A stretch of 40,717 nt of DNA, taken from contig JBKPAK010000035.1 of assembly GCA_046726415.1 (NCBI GenBank), positions 1 to 40,717 on the forward strand, read 5' to 3'. The position numbers and the translations under genes are program-made. Shown piece after piece: positions 26,635 to 34,927 of the stretch (position 1 is the stretch's first letter; the number at the start of each line of letters is the position of its first letter). The notes beneath the pieces are model-generated. The model searched no databases. It saw only the letters and a program-made list of their open reading frames with translations, and had not been told where the DNA came from. The stretch is from Candidatus Methylomirabilota bacterium. Lineage in GTDB: Bacteria > Methylomirabilota > Methylomirabilia > Rokubacteriales > CSP1-6.

Positions 26635-29223
26635 GTGGATCTCCTCGAGCGTTTCCGCTCGAAGTACCCGTTTCCCCTCGACGATTTCCAGGTGGAGGCC
26701 GCGCGCGCCATCGCCGACGGGCAGTCGGTGATCGTCTCGGCGCCCACGGGAGCGGGCAAGACGCTGGTGGCGGAGTTCGCCATCCAGGTCGCGCTCGAGA
26801 GCGGCCGGCGCCTGGCCTACACCACGCCGCTCAAGGCGCTCTCCAACCAGAAGTTCGGCGACTTCACGCGGGCCTTCGGCGAGGACTTGGTGGGGATCCT
26901 CACCGGCGACGTCAAGGTGAACCCGCGAGCGCGGCTGCTGGTGATGACCACCGAGATCCTGCGCAACATGTTCTATTCGGGCGGACTCGACGAGTTGGGC
27001 TACGTCGTTCTCGACGAGTGTCACTACATGGGTGACGCGGGGCGAGGCACGGTGTGGGAGGAGATCATCGTCAATGCGCCGCGCGACGTTCAGCTGGTGG
27101 CGCTGTCCGCGACCGTGGCCAACGTGAAGGAAATCGCCGACTGGATCTCGATCGTACACGGGCCGATTGCCGCCATCTACCATCCCGAGCGTCCCGTCCC
27201 GCTCTCCTACGCGGTGGCCGATCTCGCGGGCGAGATTCACGACATGGCCCGGGTCCGCGACGGCCGCGCGCGCCTGGTGGGCGACGAGTCGCGCGGCCAC
27301 GATGCGCGGGGTCGCTGGTACACGCGGCGCGTGGTATCTCCCGTGGTGCTCATCGAGGCCCTGGAGACGGGCGGGTGGCTGCCGGTCATCTACTTCATCT
27401 TCAGCCGGGCAGGCTGCGAACGGGCGCTCGATGACGTACTGGGGGAGGGACACAGTCTGCTGGCCCGAGAGCAGCGGCGGGAGGTCGACGTGGCGATCCA
27501 CGAAGCGCTGCGGGAGATGCCTTCCATGGCCGAGTCGCCGCTCAACCAGAGCATCCTCCAGGCACTCGGTCTCGGCGTGGGGCTTCACCACGCGGGCATT
27601 CTGCCGAGCCTGAAGCGGCTGATCGAAACGCTTTTCGAGCGCGGCCTGTGCAAGGTGGTCTTCGCCACCGAGACGATGGCCCTCGGCATCCACATGCCGG
27701 CGCGTAGCGTGGTGCTCCAGGGGCTCACCAAGCGCAGTGAGGAGGGCTTCCGCTCGCTGTCGCACAACGAGTTGACCCAGATGGCGGGGCGTGCCGGTCG
27801 GCGCGGGATCGACCCCGAGGGGCAATGCGTCATCGCCCTCGACGTGCGCGATGGCGTGGAGGACATCCTGCGCGTGGTGGACGGCTCGCCGGAGCCCATC
27901 GAGAGCCAGTTCAAGCTCGGCTACAGCTCGGCCGCCATGCTGCTCGCCACGGGGGCGCCGCCCGAAGTGTTGCGCCGGCGCATCGAGTCTTCCTTCGGCC
28001 AGTACCAGAATCTCAAGCGGATCCGCGATGTGGAGGCCGACGTGCACGCTCTCGAACAGGCGCACGCCGAGGCGAGCCGCTACGAGGCGCCGTGCGGAGA
28101 GTTCGAGCGCATTGGTCGCTACCGGCAGATCCGGCAGGAGGTGGAGCAGCACCGCCAAGCGCTCGGACGCGGCGCGCGGCGGGGGGAGCGAACGGTGCTC
28201 GAAGCCGAGCGGGGGCGCCTCGCGCTCGTCCGGCGCAAGGGCGCCCCCACGCTGGCGCTCATCCTGGGCGTCCACTCCATTCGCGGTCATCGCGCCATCG
28301 TGGAAGCGCTGCTCCCTCACGGCGCGGTCATTCGCGCGAAAGCCGGCGTCATCAAGCGGATCTTCTGGGCGACGCCGCCCCTGCACGTACCGCTCGATCG
28401 CGGTCGAGAGGGACGCGGCCTCCGGCACCTGGCCGAGAACCTGTCACGGCTCTCGGTTGGGGAATTGATGGAGCGAGAGCGGGCCCGCGGCCCGGAGGCC
28501 GCACTGGCCACGATCCCATGTCACCGCTGTCCGTGGGGGGCGACCACGCGGTGCGATCAAGCCTGGCGGGAGGTGGAGCAGACGCGCGATCGTCTGGAGC
28601 GGCGCCGCCGGACCCTCGATGGCCTGCGCGGGGCGTACTGGCAGGAATTTCTGCGCGTGGTGGAGGTCCTCGAGCAATTCGGCGCCGTCCGGGAAGGAGC
28701 GCTGCAGGCGAAGGGACGTCTCATCGCGGGCCTCCGGCACGACAACGAACTGCTGGTGGCCGAAGCGGTGTCGCGGGGAATTCTCGCCGATCTCAACGGA
28801 CCCGAAGCGGCGGCGTTGTGCTCCGCCCTGCTGGAGGAATCGCGCTCGGGCGATCCCAACATCGCCCGCGGCTTTCTGCGCAGCCGTCCCAGACTGAAAA
28901 GGAAGCTCGAAGCGCTCGGCACCGTCGCCGAGACCGTCGCCGCCGCCCAGCGCGCGCGCCATCTGGCCATGCCGGTCGGCGTCAATCCGGGATTCGCGCC
29001 CGCGGTGTTCCGCTGGGCGGCCGGCGACGATGACTGGTCGGGCATCGTGGAGACGGCTTTTGGAGGGCATGAGGGCGACCTCATCCGCGCCATGCGGCGG
29101 CTCATCGACCTGCTTCGCCAGCTCGCCGAGTCGGCCGAGGTGGGCGCCGAGCTAGGCCGGTTGCTGGCGCAGGCGGCGCGCGTCGTCGACCGCGGCGTCG
29201 TCCTCGAATCTGCCCTCATCTGA
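26635..29223 (+). CDS. helY: Ski2-like DEAD/DEAH-box RNA helicase (HelY family, DSHCT C-terminus)
   Basis: APTGAGKT, TPLKALSNQK, DECH, LSAT, FIFSRAGC, HHAG, FATET, QMAGRAGRRG, EGDLIR..DLLRQL. Start is GTG 26635 or 26626. Confidence 0.92.
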   Translation: MDLLERFRSKYPFPLDDFQVEAARAIADGQSVIVSAPTGAGKTLVAEFAIQVALESGRRLAYTTPLKALSNQKFGDFTRAFGEDLVGILTGDVKVNPRARLLVMTTEILRNMFYSGGLDELGYVVLDECHYMGDAGRGTVWEEIIVNAPRDVQLVALSATVANVKEIADWISIVHGPIAAIYHPERPVPLSYAVADLAGEIHDMARVRDGRARLVGDESRGHDARGRWYTRRVVSPVVLIEALETGGWLPVIYFIFSRAGCERALDDVLGEGHSLLAREQRREVDVAIHEALREMPSMAESPLNQSILQALGLGVGLHHAGILPSLKRLIETLFERGLCKVVFATETMALGIHMPARSVVLQGLTKRSEEGFRSLSHNELTQMAGRAGRRGIDPEGQCVIALDVRDGVEDILRVVDGSPEPIESQFKLGYSSAAMLLATGAPPEVLRRRIESSFGQYQNLKRIRDVEADVHALEQAHAEASRYEAPCGEFERIGRYRQIRQEVEQHRQALGRGARRGERTVLEAERGRLALVRRKGAPTLALILGVHSIRGHRAIVEALLPHGAVIRAKAGVIKRIFWATPPLHVPLDRGREGRGLRHLAENLSRLSVGELMERERARGPEAALATIPCHRCPWGATTRCDQAWREVEQTRDRLERRRRTLDGLRGAYWQEFLRVVEVLEQFGAVREGALQAKGRLIAGLRHDNELLVAEAVSRGILADLNGPEAAALCSALLEESRSGDPNIARGFLRSRPRLKRKLEALGTVAETVAAAQRARHLAMPVGVNPGFAPAVFRWAAGDDDWSGIVETAFGGHEGDLIRAMRRLIDLLRQLAESAEVGAELGRLLAQAARVVDRGVVLESALI

Positions 29224-29298
29224 ACCTTGGGGGAGTGAGACATCGTTGTCGCCGCTCTCGCGCGCGTGGCCCCGGCCGCTTTGATCTATCATGATCGG

Positions 29299-29802
29299 GT
29301 GCGCTCGAGCTCGATCGCGGTGGTGATGGTGGCGTCACTGGTGGCCGGATGCGCGGCGCACATGCCGATCGAGCAGCGCACCACGCAGGGTCCATCCGCG
29401 TATCAGCTCTGGTCGCTGCGCATGGCGACTCACCTCGGGCGCGAACCCAACTTCGACGAACGCCGGCATTTCGACGACGAGCTGGAGACGCGGATCACCC
29501 GCTATCTCAATGAGCATCCCGAGGACGCCAATGCCCTGAACGTGTCGACCTTTCGCTTCGCGCGCCGCGTTTCGGTGGGCATGAGCGGGGAACAGGTGGC
29601 CATCCTGCTCGGGACCCCCCTGGGCCGGACCACCGATCCCGGAGAGCTGCAGAAGCGCGCGAGGAAGTTCTGGCCCGACATCAAGGACCGGGCCCGCGAG
29701 GGGTGGGCGTATCCGCTGGGATGGACGGTGTACTTCGACGACGAACAGCGGGTCGTCGACATCACGCAGTTTCACGCGGTCGGAGGGGCCGACAACTCAT
29801 GA
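29299..29802 (+). CDS. Hypothetical lipoprotein
   Basis: Signal peptide with lipobox LVAGC; VSVGMS.EQV.ILLG.P resembles SmpA/BamE-like motifs; TATCAT lies 6 nt before the GTG. Confidence 0.7.
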   Translation: MRSSSIAVVMVASLVAGCAAHMPIEQRTTQGPSAYQLWSLRMATHLGREPNFDERRHFDDELETRITRYLNEHPEDANALNVSTFRFARRVSVGMSGEQVAILLGTPLGRTTDPGELQKRARKFWPDIKDRAREGWAYPLGWTVYFDDEQRVVDITQFHAVGGADNS

Positions 29803-31550
29803 TCCGCTCACGCCTGATGGTGACCAAGGCCACGCCGGTTGCCCTCCGCGGTCTCGTGACGGCCGAACACCCGCTGGGGGCCGAGGTTGGCGCCAAGATT
29901 CTCATGGCGGGTGGCAACGCCGTGGACGCGGCCGTGGCCACTGCGTTCGCCATGACCGTCGTCGAGCCCTTCATGAGCACGATAGCCGGCGCGGGCACCA
30001 TGCTGGTGCACCGCCCGCGCCAGGGAGAGATGATCGCCCTCGACTTCAACGGTTGCGCCCCTCTCCAGGCCCGGCCCGACATGTTTTCGCTGGCCGGCGG
30101 CACGTCCACCGCGCTCTTCGCCTGGCCTCGGGTCCAGGGCGACGCCAACGTCTACGGCCCGCGCTCGGTGGCTGTTCCAGGCTCCGTGGCCGGGCTCACC
30201 TATGCGCTGGAGCGTTGGGGCAGCATGGACCTCCAGGATGTCGCCGCCCCCGCTATCGGGCTCGCTCGCGAGGGTTTCGTCCCCGACTGGTACCAGGCCC
30301 TGACGACGGCAAAGTACCTCGAGGAGCTGAAGGCCTTTCCGGAGAGCGCGCGGACATACCTGCGCGACGGGCGCTCGATCTCCCGGCCGCGGACCCTGGA
30401 GTACGGCGATCGCATCGCCTATCCGGATCTCGCCAGGAGCCTGGAGCTGATCGCGCGCGACGGCGCCGAGGTGTTTTACCACGGCGCCATCGCCGACGCG
30501 ATTGTGTCCCACATGAAGGAAACGGGAGGGCTCATCACCAAGGACGACCTGGCCTCCTACCGCATTCGGGTCGGCGACCCGCTGGCGAGCCGGTATCGCG
30601 ATCTGGAGATCTTGTGGTCGCCCGGGGCCACCGGCGGCATCACGGCCATGGAGATCCTGAACATCCTCGGTCAGTTTCCGCGCGACCGCGTGGGCTGGGA
30701 GACGGCCACGGGTCTGCATCATCGCGCCCAGGCGATCCGGCGCGCCTTTCTCGACCGCTTTGCGCTCCTCGGCGACGCCGAGATCATCGACCATGCGCCT
30801 TGGGCGCGCCTGGCGTCCACCGAGTACGCGCGCACCATCGCCGCGGATATCCGGCGAGGCCGAGACAACGGCCTCGAAATCACGCCTGGGCGGGGAAATT
30901 TCGAGGCCGGTGGTCCTCCCCTGAGCGGGGACGGTGTCCTCACCCAGGGTGAGCGGGGAGGCGTGGAGGCGGCGTCTCGCCCCCTCCACCAGAGCGACTG
31001 CACCACCCACGTGTGTGCCGTTGACCGCCAGCGCAATATGGTGGCGCTCACGCATACCGCCGTCTCGACATTCGGTTCGCGGATGGTCGTGCCGGGGACG
31101 GGGATCTTGCTGAACAACGGGATGATCTGGTTCGATCCGGAGCCGGGGAAACCAAATTCGGTGGGACCCGGCAAGCGCGGCATGGTCAACATGGTACCGG
31201 CGCTTGCTTTCAAGCGAGGCCGCCCGTATCTCGCGGTCGGGGCGCCGGGTGGACGACGCATCATCTCGGCGGTGGCCCAAGTGATCGCCAATCTCGCCGA
31301 CGGCCCGGCGTCGGCCCAGGCCGCGGTCGAGGCCCCGCGTGTGCACGCGGAAGGCGCGGCGTTGGACGTCGACAGTCGCGTGAGCGAAAAGGCCCGACGC
31401 GAACTGGCGCGGCGCGGATACACGCTGGTCGAGCGGGAGGAAACATACGCGGGTTCGTTTTTCGCCAAGCCCATCGCCATTCGCATCACCAGCCGTGGGC
31501 TGGACGCTGGACTCGATCACTTGCGCCCCGCCGCGGCGGCCGGACACTGA
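29799..31550 (+). CDS. ggt: Gamma-glutamyltransferase family protein
   Basis: GGNAVDAAVA, VAVPGSVAG, CTTH autoprocessing Thr, FGSRMVVPGTGILLNNGM, GAPGG, EAPR. Confidence 0.92.
   Translation: MIRSRLMVTKATPVALRGLVTAEHPLGAEVGAKILMAGGNAVDAAVATAFAMTVVEPFMSTIAGAGTMLVHRPRQGEMIALDFNGCAPLQARPDMFSLAGGTSTALFAWPRVQGDANVYGPRSVAVPGSVAGLTYALERWGSMDLQDVAAPAIGLAREGFVPDWYQALTTAKYLEELKAFPESARTYLRDGRSISRPRTLEYGDRIAYPDLARSLELIARDGAEVFYHGAIADAIVSHMKETGGLITKDDLASYRIRVGDPLASRYRDLEILWSPGATGGITAMEILNILGQFPRDRVGWETATGLHHRAQAIRRAFLDRFALLGDAEIIDHAPWARLASTEYARTIAADIRRGRDNGLEITPGRGNFEAGGPPLSGDGVLTQGERGGVEAASRPLHQSDCTTHVCAVDRQRNMVALTHTAVSTFGSRMVVPGTGILLNNGMIWFDPEPGKPNSVGPGKRGMVNMVPALAFKRGRPYLAVGAPGGRRIISAVAQVIANLADGPASAQAAVEAPRVHAEGAALDVDSRVSEKARRELARRGYTLVEREETYAGSFFAKPIAIRITSRGLDAGLDHLRPAAAAGH
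30869..30989. repeat. Three consecutive palindromes lying in frame within ggt
   Basis: cggcctcgaaat/atttcgaggccg (12-bp perfect IR); cctcccc/ggggagg enclosing ctcaccc-a-gggtgag; gtggagg/cctccac enclosing ggcg-tct-cgcc. Confidence 0.7.
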
Positions 31551-31712
31551 GGGTGGGGACACCGAAGGTGGTGCGAGCCGGGGGACGGTCGCCGGGGCGC
31601 CGTGTGCGCCCAACACGGCCGGGGCCGGGCCCGCGCGAGGCGAGCCGTCCGGCGAGTCCGCCGTCCGAGGCGATCCTCCGGAGGAGGCCAATGGTCGTGG
31701 AGGAGGACACGC

Positions 31713-32024
31713 ATGACAGACGTTAATCTCACGGCGGCCTTCTCCACCGTGCCCGCCGGGGAGGCCGAGGAGATCAAGCGGGTCATCGTGGAGACGGTCG
31801 AACAGCTCGCCCGCGACGATGGGGCATTCACGCGAGCCAAGATCGTCTTCACCGAGTCGGACGAGCGCTGCGGGCTGACCGCCGAGCTCGACGGCGTGAA
31901 GAGGGAGGGCGTGCCGCTTCAGCTCGACCTCGAGCAACTGGAAGATGCCAAGACCTCGGCCGGAGCGCGGGCCCAGCTCAAGGAGGCGCTCCGCCTCTAC
32001 TTCCGGAAGGTGCAGGGGAGATGA
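31713..32024 (+). CDS. Hypothetical protein
   Basis: GGAGGAGG RBS; typical codon usage; 103 aa; no family recognised. Confidence 0.7.
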   Translation: MTDVNLTAAFSTVPAGEAEEIKRVIVETVEQLARDDGAFTRAKIVFTESDERCGLTAELDGVKREGVPLQLDLEQLEDAKTSAGARAQLKEALRLYFRKVQGR

Positions 32025-32093
32025 GGTGAGTGGCGACCGCCGCGTTCCCTGGCATCGAGGGCCTGACCACGCGATGGATCATCACGGCTTGAG

Positions 32094-32837
32094 ATGACGC
32101 GATCGCTGATCGTCAACGCCGATGACTTTGGTCTGACGCCCGGGGTGAGTCTCGGCATCCTCGCCGCCCACCGTCACGGGCTCGTGACGAGCACCACCGC
32201 GCTCGTCAACCGACCGATCGCGAGGGCACACGTCGAGGCGGCTCTCGAGTCCGGCCTCGGGATCGGACTGCACGTCAACCTCACCCTGGGCGTCCCCCTC
32301 ACGGGGGGCGCGTCGCTCGTCGACGGTGCCGGTCGGTTCATCCGTGACGCGCGCCATGCAGCAGCCCGGGCCAGCGCGCGAGACGTCGAGCAGGAAGTGT
32401 CGGCCCAAGTCGAGCGCTTCGAGGCAATCTTCCAGGGTCGGCCGACGCATCTCGACACTCATCATCACGTGGGGCTTCACTCGCCCGTGCGGGAGGTGGT
32501 GCTGGCGTGGGCGGCCAAGCTGCACATCCCGCTCCGCAGCCAGAACCCGGTCGCGCGTCGGACCGCGCGCTCGGCCGGCCTGGCCACCACCGATCATTTC
32601 TTCGGTGAATCCGGTCCTGGCGCCTACTGGACCCTGCAGCGCACCGTCGCTCACCTCAGGCATCTGCCGGCCGGCGTGTCGGAGTTCATGACCCATCCGG
32701 GCTACTGCGACGATGAGCTGGCGTACAGTCGCTACGGCCGGCAGCGCGAGACGGAGCTCGTGGGACTCGGAGCGCCCGCGCGGGCAGCCGCCGCCGCCCT
32801 CGGAATTGCCCTCCGCAACTTCCGTCACCTGGCGTGA
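32094..32837 (+). CDS. YdjC/ChbG/HpnK family carbohydrate deacetylase
   Basis: LIVNADDFG, IGLHVNLT, PTHLDTHHHV, EFMTHPG, RQRE. Confidence 0.92.
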   Translation: MTRSLIVNADDFGLTPGVSLGILAAHRHGLVTSTTALVNRPIARAHVEAALESGLGIGLHVNLTLGVPLTGGASLVDGAGRFIRDARHAAARASARDVEQEVSAQVERFEAIFQGRPTHLDTHHHVGLHSPVREVVLAWAAKLHIPLRSQNPVARRTARSAGLATTDHFFGESGPGAYWTLQRTVAHLRHLPAGVSEFMTHPGYCDDELAYSRYGRQRETELVGLGAPARAAAAALGIALRNFRHLA

Positions 32838-32842
32838 ACCAC

Positions 32843-32877
32843 GGCGGCGCCCCGGGGCTAGGGCCGGGGGCGCCGCC
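32843..32877 (+). terminator. GC-rich hairpin after ydjC (no U-tract)
   Basis: ggcggcgccccgg ... ccgggggcgccgcc inverted repeat 5 nt after the stop codon. Confidence 0.4.
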
Positions 32878-32925
32878 TCCGCACCGGCGGGCCCTTGCTC
32901 GTGCCGTCTGCGTCATGGAGATGGG

Positions 32926-34395
32926 ATGGTGATCGACGTCACTCCGGCCGAGCCGATCCTCTCCGCCCCCGGCGATCGCCCGCGGTTGTCACTTGCCGGC
33001 ACTCTGTTGGCGGCGCTCATCCTGGTTCTCTTCGCCGGCTGGGTGAGCTGGACCCACGTCACCCAGCCCCGCGTCGAGGGCGTCGACGCTCCCGAGGAGG
33101 CCCTGGCTCTCGTCGTGTCACGCGGCATGGATCTCAACGAAGGGCTGGGGCGCGCGCCGGCGTGGGAACGGCGCCTTCACCAGTTCGTCACCACCGATGG
33201 AAGTGAGGATCTGCGCCAGGCCACGACCTGGTACGAGGAATTGGCTGAACGCTCGCTCGATCCCAGCGTGGATGCCCACTTGGCCATCCTGTATGGAGAG
33301 GCCGGAGATCGGCGGCGCGTGGAGAAGATGACGGCGGGGTGGCCGCAACGCGGTCCACCGCTGAGCCTGCTGGGGCCCATCGTGAGGACTGCCTACGAGG
33401 GAACCGCGGAGACCGATGAGGCGGCCGAACGCGCCGGGCTTGCCGACACTGGCCTTCACGGGTGGTACGCCGACCGCCTGGCGTTCGCGTGGGCAACGCG
33501 CGTGGGCGACGCCTCGCTGCGCGCCGAGGCCGGTGCGCGGCTGCAGGCGCGTGGGCGACAACTCCTGCTGCGCGTGCGCGCGCTCGCGGCGCTGAACCTG
33601 GCCGTGGTGTTCAGCGGCGCCGCCGCGCTCGTGGTGATGTGGCGGCGTCGGAAGCGGCCCCACGCACTGGCCATCAGCCGCGCGTCGCTGCCGCCTCCGT
33701 GGCCGGTGGGACTCGGGATAGCCGTCCTGATCCGCGGCGGCGCCGGAGCGGCCGTGATCATCGTCGCGCTCGTGTTCTTGTCCGGGGTGGCCGGTCCCTG
33801 GTTCGACCTCGATCATCCCCTGGTGGATATGCTCACCTGGCCGCTCATGTACGTGCCGATGATCGTCCTCGCCCATCGCTACCTCTTGCGCCCTTCGGGG
33901 GTTGCGTTCGGCGAGGCGCTGGGACTTCGCCTGGTGCCCAACGGCCCCCGCCGCCTCCTCCTGGTGGCCGCGGCCCTGGTCGCCGCCGGCGCGCTCGTCA
34001 GCACGCTGCTGACCTTCGTGGCAAGCTGGGCCCACGTGTCGAGTCACTGGAGCGAATGGTTCGACGAACAGCTCGCCTTCGGCAGCGTCACCGCGGTGGC
34101 CGCCAGTGTGCTGGGGTCGGTGGTCCTGGCGCCCTTCTTCGAGGAAGTAGTATTCCGCGGCATTCTCTTCGCCAGCCTGCGGGGTGCCCTGCGACCGGCC
34201 ACCGCGATCGTCGTGAGCGGAGCGATCTTCGGCGGGGCTCACGGCTACGGCGCGCTCGGATTTGTCGACGTCGCCTGGAGCGGCATGCTGTGGGCGTGGG
34301 CCTTCGAGCGGACGGGCAGTGTCCTGCCCGGCATGGCCGCCCACGCCATCACCAATCTCCTGGTCTCCATCACCGTCTTCACCCTGCTCCGGTGA
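32926..34395 (+). CDS. CPBP (Abi/CAAX) family intramembrane metalloprotease with an N-terminal extracytoplasmic helical region
   Basis: APFFEEVVFRG, FGGAHG and AHAITN motifs; multiple TM helices; start uncertain. Confidence 0.85.
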   Translation: MVIDVTPAEPILSAPGDRPRLSLAGTLLAALILVLFAGWVSWTHVTQPRVEGVDAPEEALALVVSRGMDLNEGLGRAPAWERRLHQFVTTDGSEDLRQATTWYEELAERSLDPSVDAHLAILYGEAGDRRRVEKMTAGWPQRGPPLSLLGPIVRTAYEGTAETDEAAERAGLADTGLHGWYADRLAFAWATRVGDASLRAEAGARLQARGRQLLLRVRALAALNLAVVFSGAAALVVMWRRRKRPHALAISRASLPPPWPVGLGIAVLIRGGAGAAVIIVALVFLSGVAGPWFDLDHPLVDMLTWPLMYVPMIVLAHRYLLRPSGVAFGEALGLRLVPNGPRRLLLVAAALVAAGALVSTLLTFVASWAHVSSHWSEWFDEQLAFGSVTAVAASVLGSVVLAPFFEEVVFRGILFASLRGALRPATAIVVSGAIFGGAHGYGALGFVDVAWSGMLWAWAFERTGSVLPGMAAHAITNLLVSITVFTLLR

Positions 34396-34407
34396 CGAGG
34401 TTCGGCC

Positions 34408-34908
34408 CTAGCGGCCGCGCGGCTTCGGGGCCAGCAGCTCGTCGAGGATCTTCGGCAGCCGGGTGGGCGCGGATTCGCCGGCCAGGCGCGCCACCACTTC
34501 ACCCTTGCGATCGATGACCACGGTGTACGGCGTGCCCTTGACTCCGTAGCGGTTGCCAATCGTCAGCGTGGGATCGAGCGCAACGAGATAGCTCGGGCGC
34601 TGAGTCTCGACGAATCGCCGCGCGTCGGCCAGGGTGTCCTGGACCTGGAGCGCCAGGAATTCGACATCGCGACCGCGATAGTGATCGGCGAGACGGCCGA
34701 GCGCCGCCGACTCCTTCGCGCATGGCCGGCACCACGAGGCCTGGAAGCGAAGCACGACGATCTTCTTGCCGATGTGATCGCGCGAATCGAATTCGCGCCG
34801 GACGTCGAGCACCACCACCCGGAAGCCGGGAGCCGCCGGCGCGGCGGTGGTGGTGACCGGCGCGAAGACGAGCGTGGCCAGCGCCGCCGCCCGGAAACGC
34901 GCGAGCAT
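34408..34908 (-). CDS. TlpA-like thiol:disulfide oxidoreductase
   Basis: Signal peptide; FQASWCRPC; YGVKGTPYTVVIDRKG. Confidence 0.88.
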   Translation of the reverse strand: MLARFRAAALATLVFAPVTTTAAPAAPGFRVVVLDVRREFDSRDHIGKKIVVLRFQASWCRPCAKESAALGRLADHYRGRDVEFLALQVQDTLADARRFVETQRPSYLVALDPTLTIGNRYGVKGTPYTVVIDRKGEVVARLAGESAPTRLPKILDELLAPKPRGR

Positions 34909-34927
34909 GCGCGTATAATACGCTCCC
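34909..34927. promoter_or_regulatory. Bidirectional overlapping -10 element driving two leaderless genes
   Basis: TATAAT (34914-34919, +) lies 8 nt before GTG 34928; TATTAT (34920-34915, -) lies 6 nt before ATG 34908; no room for an RBS. Confidence 0.7.

Noticed and set aside
31569-31590. tRNA 3'-end-like sequence (minus strand ...GGCTCGCACCA)
   Set aside because: No T-loop (TTCGA) or cloverleaf; too short to call a tRNA or att site.
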